Assembly: GCA_964439625.1 (NCBI GenBank)
Contig: CAYTPI010000001.1
Coordinates: 4,948 to 68,947 of the forward strand
Direction: 5' to 3'
Length of the DNA: 64,000 bases
Source: an uncultured Anaerolineae bacterium
Lineage (GTDB): Bacteria; Chloroflexota; Anaerolineae; Aggregatilineales; UBA3940
Under the pieces are notes generated by a model. It worked only from the letters and a program-made list of their open reading frames with translations, was not told the DNA's origin and ran no database searches. The position numbers and the translations under genes are program-made. Shown here piece after piece: positions 36,078 through 44,691 of this stretch (its first letter is position 1; each line of letters opens with the position of its first letter).

Positions 36078-37233
36078 TCTCGCAAATGACGGTCACACGG
36101 GCGATGCTCTTCGCTTATTGCGTTCCGCCGTTTACCATAATCCGAATGACATTGCTGCTTGGAAGTGGTTGGCTGCCACCACCAATGATCCGCACGAAGC
36201 GGTTGAAGCAACAGAGCGTGTGCTAAGGCTTAATCCAAATGATGCTTGGGCGTTACAAGCGTTGCTGACCTATCGGCGAAAGGCCAGGGCCGAAGCGCGT
36301 CAGTCTGTTCCGCCAGCAGCAACCCCAACTGCACCTGCCCGCAAACAGAAGCGCGGACTGTTGGCAACAGTCGCATTGATGCTAAGCGGGCTTGCTGTAA
36401 CGATGGCAATAATTGTCTTTTTAGGCTGGGTTGCCTTGATTAGCTTTCAGCGTGAGCAGCAGGCCAGTGCCGGCGTCCTCAACCCGGAGGCACCGGCTAA
36501 TGTTCCCTCAGTAGCGCCTAATACAGACCAGAACGCATTCCCAACTCAGCCCCCAACCTTCGCTACGCGCCTTCCCGGCTTTTTGCCTACTGCCGTGCCT
36601 GAGCAAGTTTTCCCAACGGCTATCCCCGTGACTGTGCCGCCCTTGCCCACTGTTACGCCTATTCCGGAAACTGTAATCCAGCAGGAAGAGGCCACGACTG
36701 GCAGTCCTTTAATTGGCATTCAACCCGCTGTGCAGACCTTGGAAAATACGGCCTACTATCCAGTAACAGGCACAACTGAGGGCAGCGTCCGTGATGCGCT
36801 GTATGCCAACGGCCCCTATGTTGAACGCCTCAATACGCGAGCGCTGGGCCTGACGACTTACGAGATGTCTGTTGAGTGGCAGGCACTTCAACTACCGAAC
36901 CAGTGCCGGGTCAGCAATATGGTCATTAATCTCAATATTCTCTACACATTACCATCATGGGAGCCGAATGGAGCTCCGCCGCTTGGGTTACAGCAAGACT
37001 GGGATGCCTTTTCTGCTTATGTGACTGACCATGAAGAAACGCACGGTGAGATCGCGATCAACTGTGCCAACGCCATTGCCAATGAGATTGCCGTGCTGCC
37101 ACAGGCATCTTCATGTGATCAACTAACACAGTCCGTGAATAGTGTTGTCGACTCCGGTTACGTCGCCTGTGAGGCAGAGCAGGTAGAATTTGATCGTGTG
37201 TACGGGCAGACGTCATTTCCACTCCCTGAATGA
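36049..37233 (+). CDS. TPR - TM - DUF922-like putative Zn-peptidase protein
   Basis: N-terminal TPR-like helices, TM LLATVALMLSGLAVTMAIIVFLGWVALI, P-rich linker, then a C-terminal block YYPVTG...TLPSW...WDAFSAYVTDHEETHGEIA resembling DUF922. Overlaps the previous gene by 29 nt. Confidence 0.55.
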   Translation: MDDLVQQAIDLANDGHTGDALRLLRSAVYHNPNDIAAWKWLAATTNDPHEAVEATERVLRLNPNDAWALQALLTYRRKARAEARQSVPPAATPTAPARKQKRGLLATVALMLSGLAVTMAIIVFLGWVALISFQREQQASAGVLNPEAPANVPSVAPNTDQNAFPTQPPTFATRLPGFLPTAVPEQVFPTAIPVTVPPLPTVTPIPETVIQQEEATTGSPLIGIQPAVQTLENTAYYPVTGTTEGSVRDALYANGPYVERLNTRALGLTTYEMSVEWQALQLPNQCRVSNMVINLNILYTLPSWEPNGAPPLGLQQDWDAFSAYVTDHEETHGEIAINCANAIANEIAVLPQASSCDQLTQSVNSVVDSGYVACEAEQVEFDRVYGQTSFPLPE

Positions 37234-37483
37234 ACCCTTAAGATATTCGCGAAAAATTCATACGGATGTCAGCTATTGTCACGGCACCTAGTGAGATTTA
37301 TGTCTATAATTACGTTTAGATAGTCCACAACAATATACGGGAGCAAATATTCGTGGATATATCTCTCATCTCATCTCAGGTATTGTCCTGTGAAAATTAA
37401 CCTCTAAGCTGATCGATAGATAGAGCCGAGGACGACGCAACCGGGCAATCATAGCCACAATACCGAGAACTACAAAGACAAAG

Positions 37484-37510
37484 CCCCTTCTTTATGAAGG
37501 GGTTTTGTTT
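37484..37510. terminator. bidirectional rho-independent terminator
   Basis: CCCCTTC (37484-37490) pairs with GAAGGGG (37496-37502). TTTTGTTT follows on the + strand and CTTTGTCTTTG on the - strand. Confidence 0.7.
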
Positions 37511-37680
37511 GCCCCGTGCTTTTGACACACTCTTTGGGCTGATGGGCTCCTAAATCAAAAGCACACACGCACGGCGTATGTGTTTTTATCATCAAAAGTT
37601 GGGGGCAGTGACCACCACACCATCTGCCCCCGTTACCACACCCAAAAGGGGTAGGTCAGGAACCGCACATCCCTGCCTAG

Positions 37681-37751
37681 AGGCGACTATGGGAATCGAA
37701 CCCATGTACAGGGTTTTGCAGACCCTTGCCTCGCCACTCGGCCAAGTCGCC
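37681..37751 (-). tRNA. tRNA-Cys (anticodon GCA)
   Basis: Hand-folded: acceptor GGCGACT/AGTCGCC, anticodon stem AGGGT/ACCCT with loop CTGCAAA, T arm ATGGG-TTCGATT-CCCAT, discriminator U. Confidence 0.95.
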
Positions 37752-37807
37752 ATGATTATTGGTTTAGAATGAAAAAGGGGGTTCGCTGAAGCGCTTCCCC
37801 GGTACAG

Positions 37808-37881
<74 letters not shown>

Positions 37882-37892
37882 ATTTACTGAGA

Positions 37893-37921
37893 AGTATAGC
37901 AGAGGTGGCAGGCCAATGCAA
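37893..37921 (-). promoter_or_regulatory. sigma-70-type promoter for the tRNA-Gly/tRNA-Cys unit
   Basis: On the - strand, TTGCAT, a 17-nt spacer, then TATACT. It ends 13 nt upstream of the tRNA-Gly 5' end. Confidence 0.6.
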
Positions 37922-38165
37922 GCATTTTGACGCAAATTGTTAAGTAGATATTAATCACTGAGGTTTGATTTTAGAGATGGTCAAACAGGGCGGCTTCTGG
38001 ATAAATCTGCATGCTGCGATTAAGCTATAAAACTGATTTTTCCAAGTGAGCGGGTTCCTTCCTCAGGCTCTCAGGGAAGCGTTTATACATTTAATTTATA
38101 TGCTAAATAATGATTGATACTTATAGCATCCAGACAGATATGTCACAAGGTTGCCGAATTAGACA

Positions 38166-39317
38166 ATGAGACGTCGATTATTTGTGTTTATAGTTGTATC
38201 AAGTTTCATACTAACTTCATTAGCAGGCTGCGTGCAATCATCAGGGCAACCGGGAGCCACTGAAACGCTGGAGCCGAATATGGTACCGTCAGCATTGCCG
38301 CAAACGCCACCCCCACCTACCGGCACACTGAGCGTCACCAACCGCTATGATTTCGCCATCTGTGAACTCAACTTGTTTGACCAAGTATCAGCTCAATGGG
38401 GGCCCAATGTGCTGTCGAACGTGATGGTGCCGCAAGAGACGTTCACATGGGCGGAAGTGCCAGCAGGGACTGTGTCGATCCGGGCCATTGACTGCGATGG
38501 CACCCGTGTTATTTTTCGCAGCTATCGCCTCGGCGACAAAGGTCACCTTAAAGCACGTTTAACTGACTATTACGGCATCATGACGGTGACAAACCGCACA
38601 CAAGTCGCAATCTGCAAACTGGACTTCACACCCGCATCAGATGACCTTCCCGTAATCCGGCCCTTGCACATTGAACAACTAGATGTCGGGGCCAATATTA
38701 TTTTCAGCACCGATCAAGTCGATGATTACACTATTAAGGCGGAAACCTGCGATGGGCAGTTAATAACAGATGCAGTAAGCCTGACGGGTATTGGTGAATT
38801 ATACCAAGCGCTGGAAATTAAAGATACCGTTGATTTACGCTTTATCAATGAGGCAGGTGTTGCCATTTGTGCAATCACCTTGAACCCAGTCATTGACTGG
38901 GGGTGGGGTCTGAACCACCTGAGCGTCCCACTGGAAGTAGACGCAGTAGTCAATATTCAGGGACTGCCATCCGTGCGCTATCGCTTGCGTGTCGTTGATT
39001 GTGACAACAATGTCCTCTGGTGGTCTGAGGAAACTTTCGCTCAGCATTCAGATTTTACTATCACCCAGCCGGAGCACTACATCACAGTTAATAATCAGAC
39101 CCAGCGTTCAATTTGCAATGTCTATTATAATTTTTCTGAAGCTGATGATGCTGTTAACCTCGGGTTAATGCTTGCTCAGGAAGGCATCCGTAATTTTACA
39201 TCGCGTGTATTCTACGCGGCTCCTGGTCAGGTGGCTGTGACAGTCGAAACATGCGATGGAGTGTTAATAGACGAGACTTTGACGGTTCGCAGTGGGGCGG
39301 AGTTCATCGTCCGTTAG
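38166..39317 (+). CDS. lipoprotein built from four about 85-aa repeats, function unknown
   Basis: Lipobox LTSLAGC. Four units each have V(T/N)N..(q)..IC.l near the start and a CD(G/N) motif (IDCDG, ETCDG, VDCDN, ETCDG) near the end. Confidence 0.7.
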   Translation: MRRRLFVFIVVSSFILTSLAGCVQSSGQPGATETLEPNMVPSALPQTPPPPTGTLSVTNRYDFAICELNLFDQVSAQWGPNVLSNVMVPQETFTWAEVPAGTVSIRAIDCDGTRVIFRSYRLGDKGHLKARLTDYYGIMTVTNRTQVAICKLDFTPASDDLPVIRPLHIEQLDVGANIIFSTDQVDDYTIKAETCDGQLITDAVSLTGIGELYQALEIKDTVDLRFINEAGVAICAITLNPVIDWGWGLNHLSVPLEVDAVVNIQGLPSVRYRLRVVDCDNNVLWWSEETFAQHSDFTITQPEHYITVNNQTQRSICNVYYNFSEADDAVNLGLMLAQEGIRNFTSRVFYAAPGQVAVTVETCDGVLIDETLTVRSGAEFIVR

Positions 39318-39679
39318 CTTGTGCTAAAGCGTTGTCCACTTCTGCGACAAAATCAGTCCAGTCGCAGGGCTTTGGCATAAAGCGCGCATGAAGCGAGAGT
39401 ACTTCCGTCATACAATTAGACCGACCGCTAAACACAATCACAGGGAGATCGCGTAGATAAGGTGTCACGTCTGATCGCCCTGACGAGACTCAATCCATAG
39501 GGGTGTGCATGGTTCAAGTCGGTAATCAGCAAGTTTGGATGATATGCGCGGCAAAACTTCAATGCTTTGTCTCCGCGCCGAAAGCTCCGCACGCGCAGCC
39601 CGCGCTGGTTCTCTAGAATAAACCGAATGAGTTCTGTTAGGTCGGGGTGATCGTCAACATGCACAACCAGGGGCCGCAT
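39304..39679 (-). pseudogene. CheY-like single-domain response regulator interrupted by a +1 frameshift
   Basis: Frame A gives MRPLVVHVDDHPD...LLITDLNHAHPYG...RDTLSTRS, then a stop. The next frame continues PVIVFSGRS...FMPKPCDWTDFVAEV. Removing one base of the GGG run at 39443-39445 restores a full receiver (DD, D, S, K all present). Confidence 0.75.
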
Positions 39680-39843
39680 TGTGGCACGTAAGCCACTTAA
39701 TTCTGGCTCACGTCCTGTTTCAAAGCTATGACTTAACAGAGGGACTTCATCGTACAATATAACACGCAGTGTAACGGACAAATGCTCAGTTTACCCATTC
39801 ATTGGTACTGGGGTCCTGGTCATTCGCTATTGATGCCTGCACA

Positions 39844-40623
39844 TCAGTGTGTGCTTTGTTGACGTTCTATTTGATTAAGCAAGCGAATGTAGAGACGTGC
39901 ATTATGTGCTGGCACTTGGCTGCTGGCTCGTTCGAGCCGTTCAATAACGTGTGTGCTGTCCGTCCAGGCGATCCTTAGCAGGGCCTGCATTGCTAAGTTG
40001 CGTTCTAATGGCGAGGCAACATCAATGGAGTAAATGAGGAAATCAATAGCAGCAGCGCCACAGTTGACGAAAGCATGCATTGACGCCTGTCTTACCTCTG
40101 CTGATTCTGTTACCATGCTCAATAGTGTTGGGAATGTCTCTCGGATGGCATCACCATGGGTATGCCCAATCATACCAAGTGCATGGGCCGCCTCGCGTCG
40201 CACCCATATATCGTCATCATATAGGGCCCCCAATAAAGCGTGGATTGCCTCTGGGTTGGCAATTTCGCCAAGTGCGGCAACCGCTTCACGCCGTACCAAC
40301 TCGTGCTCATCCCACAGGGCACCACACAGACCAGCAACGCTGCGCATCTCAGGGATTTTACCTAGGATGCGACAGGCCTCTACGCGCACGCCGACACTTG
40401 TATCGTAAAGTGCATTGAGTAGTCCCGGTACAGCCGTACTGCCAGCTTGAGCAAGTGCTTTCGCCGCTTGTGGTCTGGAATGCCACTTCTTGAGCGCCGT
40501 CAACAGTGCGGCAACAGATGTCTCGCCCCCGATGTGGGGCTCACGACCACTCCAAGGTTGGCGTGTATTCGTGCCAATGCGTGGTTCTTTGAGAGTCGTA
40601 AATTTAATATGTGGATGTGACAT
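39844..40623 (-). CDS. HEAT-repeat (PBS-lyase-type) protein
   Basis: Repeated units of type D..VR.EA..ALG.IG...A...L..AL.D (VRVEACRILGKI, ELVRREAVAALGEI, DIWVRREAAHALGMIG). Confidence 0.85.
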   Translation of the reverse strand: MSHPHIKFTTLKEPRIGTNTRQPWSGREPHIGGETSVAALLTALKKWHSRPQAAKALAQAGSTAVPGLLNALYDTSVGVRVEACRILGKIPEMRSVAGLCGALWDEHELVRREAVAALGEIANPEAIHALLGALYDDDIWVRREAAHALGMIGHTHGDAIRETFPTLLSMVTESAEVRQASMHAFVNCGAAAIDFLIYSIDVASPLERNLAMQALLRIAWTDSTHVIERLERASSQVPAHNARLYIRLLNQIERQQSTH

Positions 40624-40902
40624 TTCGGTGGAAAAGCCCCTACAGAAAACTTGCCACGAATGGTAAGTATAGCATTATTGTCAGTCAGATTCGAGTTGGG
40701 CTAGCTAACCGATCACAACAAAATACATCTGGCATCAAGGCACTTTTTCGGTGTCCCATCTCAATGCTTGCACACCGCATTACTCCTTAAGGCGACAGTC
40801 GCTCAATTGATCGTTATAGTTAAGCGAAACGTAAGAGATAGCTAGGCGCGCTACTCCAACTTCCAAATACATCCACACCAATTAGTACTGGAGTTTATTT
40901 TA

Positions 40903-41844
40903 ATGAAGCGACAGTTCTCTTTACTTATTCTCCTGATTTTGACGGCTAGTGTGGCTGCCTGCACCGCAACTATGCCAGAGGCTACACCGCAAGCTACAAT
41001 CATTGAGGATGCGCCAACCGAAGCAGAAAACGAGAGCGACCCAACAGCAGAACCAACGGAGACTCAGCGAGGTGGTTTTGTTGCTTCTAGTGGAGCGATT
41101 GCTGATTTACCCGGCTTGAGGTTGCAGCGTATTGCTGATACAACTGCCTGTATCAGCTCAGTGACGGAACCTGCCATAACATTAGAACCGGTTGTCTACG
41201 ATACCAGCTTGCTGTGTCTGTTTAACTTTGCAGTCGGTGAAGGTGCTGCTCCGATTGTGGTCACATTGACTGACCCCGAAGGTATCACTTACAACGAAAC
41301 GTTTGAGTTCTTCGAAACAGACAATGGATTTACTGAGTTACTTGGGACGACGCTCGGTGTTAAGGCGCAGTTTCGAGGAGGGGTTGGTAGCGCCCCGATG
41401 GTAACATTCGTCATGCGCTTTGATGCAACCCTGCCAACGGGCGAATGGACAGTTGTGGCAGATAATGGTCTCGTTCGTGCAGAGGAGGTTATTGTGGTAG
41501 AGCGGCTAGAACCGCTCTCCGCAGCTATCCCCGATGGTTACCAGGGAAACCCATTTACTTATGAGGAAACCAGTGAATTTGTAACAGGCGATGAAGTTAC
41601 ACTGGTTGGCACAGGCTACCAAGCTGAGAGCGAGCTAGACCTTGCTTTGTACGCCCTCGAGTTTAACTCGACACTGCTGCCATATTACAGCACTGTCGTT
41701 CAAACTGACGCCGAGGGAGACTGGCAAGCGGCTTTTGAAGTAGGGTCAGATACGCCAAGCCTACAATATCAGGTTGTGGTAAACCCTAGAGAATTATCTC
41801 GCCCTGTAAACGCCTTCGGCACGACGTTTAACGTTGCGCGTTAA
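40903..41844 (+). CDS. lipoprotein, function unknown
   Basis: Lipobox LTASVAAC. Acidic linker, then a beta-rich body. No motif recognised. Confidence 0.6.
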   Translation: MKRQFSLLILLILTASVAACTATMPEATPQATIIEDAPTEAENESDPTAEPTETQRGGFVASSGAIADLPGLRLQRIADTTACISSVTEPAITLEPVVYDTSLLCLFNFAVGEGAAPIVVTLTDPEGITYNETFEFFETDNGFTELLGTTLGVKAQFRGGVGSAPMVTFVMRFDATLPTGEWTVVADNGLVRAEEVIVVERLEPLSAAIPDGYQGNPFTYEETSEFVTGDEVTLVGTGYQAESELDLALYALEFNSTLLPYYSTVVQTDAEGDWQAAFEVGSDTPSLQYQVVVNPRELSRPVNAFGTTFNVAR

Positions 41845-42257
41845 TTTCCTGCACGCGTTTCTTCATCTTCAATCTCGATCTGCTGACGGGCGTAAGCGAG
41901 TGCTTCGTCCAAGGTTGCAAATAGCTTCGCATGCGACAAGTTGTACTGAAGCTGATCGAGCGCCATCCTGCCGAAGCGTGCGACGTCATGGTCAGAGACC
42001 AACAACGGTCGCATCCGCGCGTCTTTCAGACCCCCTTTTTTCGCGTTTCTCGCACCGCCGAGCGCCATCATCAGGTCGGTAAATGAGGGGGTAAGCTGAG
42101 TATAGTCCGAGACTCGATAGATCGGGCCAGCCATGCCCTCGGCTGCCTCTGAGACCATCTCGGAGGTAATCAAAGCGAGACGTTCATAATCGACTGGGTT
42201 GGTAAATGTCAAGACGAGTATCGGTTCATCCGAGTAGCATTCTAGCTCTACAGGCAT
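41841..42257 (-). CDS. hypothetical 138-aa protein
   Basis: ATG start and good coding appearance. Its stop overlaps the convergent lipoprotein gene by 4 nt. No motif recognised. Confidence 0.5.
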   Translation of the reverse strand: MPVELECYSDEPILVLTFTNPVDYERLALITSEMVSEAAEGMAGPIYRVSDYTQLTPSFTDLMMALGGARNAKKGGLKDARMRPLLVSDHDVARFGRMALDQLQYNLSHAKLFATLDEALAYARQQIEIEDEETRAGN

Positions 42258-42424
42258 AATCAGATCGTGCTCCCAAAACCGTGGTGGATTCTAGCGGAGA
42301 AACAATAGCAGGTTGTTGCTATGAGTACCATCAGAACTATAAAAATTCGCGAAACTGAAAAAAGATTGCCGAGTCTATGGTTGAGAACGTTGCTTTTTAG
42401 GTCTCAAAATAGGTCAGTTGAGGG

Positions 42425-42751
42425 ATGCGTGTTGCGTGCTGCGCAACTATCTTTAATCTGATGCTAGATCGTCAGCCAGAGCGATACATCTATGCCAAAA
42501 AAGTCTCTTTCCGTGCCTTTATCAAACGCCGCCGCCCAGACCTTGATGTGCCCGTGGTCGATAAGCTCTGTGTTGAGCTGATGGATGATGTCCTAACGAC
42601 TCAAAGCGTGACAGAAACGCAGGTCAGCCCCAGCCGCTTGAAAGAAATCCAACAGACGCTGGATGAACGTTTTGGCTTTAGGGCTGAGCCTGATCTGTAT
42701 AATGTGCACGAAAATGTGCTTAATCAGCTAATTGGAAAGATGGGGGCGTAG
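42425..42751 (+). CDS. hypothetical 108-aa protein
   Basis: ORF only. Weak SD and uncertain start. The 3' end overlaps the convergent EamA gene by 32 nt. Confidence 0.35.
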   Translation: MRVACCATIFNLMLDRQPERYIYAKKVSFRAFIKRRRPDLDVPVVDKLCVELMDDVLTTQSVTETQVSPSRLKEIQQTLDERFGFRAEPDLYNVHENVLNQLIGKMGA

Positions 42752-43667
42752 TGTCTGCTGCAGCTTCATCCTCAGGGGCGACGACTGCTTGTTGTTTGCG
42801 ATAGGCGACAAACGCAACGCCTGTGATGATCAAAGGTAGTGCGATCCAGGCGCTGCCTGTGATCTCTTCGCCACCCACAAAGACCCCCAGTAGCAAGGCG
42901 ATCGCCGGGTTGATGTAAGCATAGCTTAAGGCCAGCGACGGTTTGACATGCTTCAAGAGGTACATGTAGGCCGTCAGTGTTAGGATCGAGCCAAACGTAA
43001 TCAGGTAGATCAGTGCCAGCGTGGCGTTCAGTGTAGGTGCCCCCACAATTTGCTCGCTGCGCACAACTGCGACAAGGGTTAGGGCTATGCCACCCACCAG
43101 CATCTCGACTGCGGTTCCCATTGGTGCTTCGGGCATGTCGATGTGCTTACTCCACACCGAACCAAACGACCATGTGACAATTGCAAACAGCACCAAGCCG
43201 ATTCCGATTGGGTTGGCTTGCAGATTGCCCTCCAATGTCAGCACACTAACGCCTACCATCCCAATGACGATTCCAACCCACTCGGTGATGGACGGACGAT
43301 CACCCCAAAGCATACTGAATAACACCGCTACCAATGGGGATGATGCGATCAGCGTAGCCACCAAGCCTGAATAGACGGTTTCTTCCGCCAGTGCCACACT
43401 GCCCATCCCACCGACAAACAGTAAAATACCGACACCGCCGCCATTCACCCATTGTTTGATCGGCGGGAGCTGATACCCACGCGCTAATGAATAAATGAAC
43501 ATCAACGACCCAGCAATCAAAAAGCGGATTGCCATCATGAGGTAAGGTGGGTAGCTCTCAAGCGCAAACACAATGGCTAAGTAGGTTGTGCCCCACACAA
43601 GATAGACAGTTAATAGGGCGAGTACGATCAGAACACGACTACCACTACTGGAACTTAATGCCTGCAT
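42720..43667 (-). CDS. EamA/DMT-superfamily transporter
   Basis: Ten TM helices in two EamA halves. N-terminal LVWGTTYLAIVFALE is typical of the family. Confidence 0.85.
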   Translation of the reverse strand: MQALSSSSGSRVLIVLALLTVYLVWGTTYLAIVFALESYPPYLMMAIRFLIAGSLMFIYSLARGYQLPPIKQWVNGGGVGILLFVGGMGSVALAEETVYSGLVATLIASSPLVAVLFSMLWGDRPSITEWVGIVIGMVGVSVLTLEGNLQANPIGIGLVLFAIVTWSFGSVWSKHIDMPEAPMGTAVEMLVGGIALTLVAVVRSEQIVGAPTLNATLALIYLITFGSILTLTAYMYLLKHVKPSLALSYAYINPAIALLLGVFVGGEEITGSAWIALPLIITGVAFVAYRKQQAVVAPEDEAAADTTPPSFQLAD

Positions 43668-43792
43668 CCACTCAGCTTTCTAAGCAAACTATCACCAATA
43701 CCTCGATAGTTTACACAGTACATTTTGAATAGTACAGTTGAGATCGAAAGCAAGTATCCAATAATGCCTTGAAAAAGAAAGTAAATTAAGCA

Positions 43793-44266
43793 ATGACTGT
43801 TGATCATGAAAAGACGCTGGACGAGGTCGGCTGGCACATCCTTGAGCTGTTGCAGGAGGATGCACGTAGGTCTTATCGGGAGATTGGTGAAATGGTTGGG
43901 TTAACGCCGCCCGCAGTTGCTGAGCGTATCCGTCGCATGGAAGAGGTCGGCATCATTCAAGGCTATCACGCTGATATTAACCTAGCGAAGACTGGGCGCA
44001 GTGTTTTGGCATTCGTCCACCTGGCAAATAACGCCGCCCAATCAATGTACTTTCGGGATGCCGTTGGGGATATCCCCGAAATACTGGAATGTCACTGCAT
44101 TACCGGCAGCGAGTCTTATATTCTTAAGGTGGCAGTCGCCAGTGTTGCCCATTTGGAGCATTTTTTATTGAACATGAAAGCCTATGGGGAAGTCCGTACT
44201 TCTTTGGTGCTCTCCGTCCAAGTGATTCGGCGCACAGTTGGTAAACCAGTTCTACCGAAGATATGA
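43793..44266 (+). CDS. Lrp/AsnC-family transcriptional regulator
   Basis: HTH LDEVGWHILELLQEDARRSYREIGEMVGLTPPAVAERIRRMEEVGIIQGY plus a RAM/AsnC_trans_reg domain. Divergent from the EamA exporter. Confidence 0.9.
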   Translation: MTVDHEKTLDEVGWHILELLQEDARRSYREIGEMVGLTPPAVAERIRRMEEVGIIQGYHADINLAKTGRSVLAFVHLANNAAQSMYFRDAVGDIPEILECHCITGSESYILKVAVASVAHLEHFLLNMKAYGEVRTSLVLSVQVIRRTVGKPVLPKI

Positions 44267-44325
44267 ACTGCTGCGCGCCGCTTGGTACAGTCATAAGGAT
44301 AATCTCAGTAGTTTAGGATACTCAA

Positions 44326-44691
44326 ATGGCAAAAATAACCGTAGTTGATGGTCCAAGCTTTGAGGCCGATGAAAACACCCGGTTGATAAAGGCGATTGAA
44401 GGGGCTGGCGTTGATATTCTGCACCGCTGCGGCGGCTACGCCGGCTGCACCACCTGTCGCGTTGAATTCGTCGAAGGCGAGCCAACCAGCATAACTCAAG
44501 CGGAGTTGACCAAACTAACCGATGGCGAGAACTTAGAAAAGTTTCGTTTAAGCTGTCAGATATTGTGCTCGCATGATATGACAGTTAAGCCGCTGTTCCG
44601 CCTGAGTGAGATGGAAAACATGGACGATGCCGGGCCAGAGCCTAAAGACCAGATTACGCCTGACCCTGAATGGACTGAGCGTCCCTACTAG
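44326..44691 (+). CDS. 2Fe-2S ferredoxin
   Basis: Cys pattern HRCGGYAGCTTCRV...LSCQI (C-x5-C-x2-C...C). Confidence 0.8.
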   Translation: MAKITVVDGPSFEADENTRLIKAIEGAGVDILHRCGGYAGCTTCRVEFVEGEPTSITQAELTKLTDGENLEKFRLSCQILCSHDMTVKPLFRLSEMENMDDAGPEPKDQITPDPEWTERPY

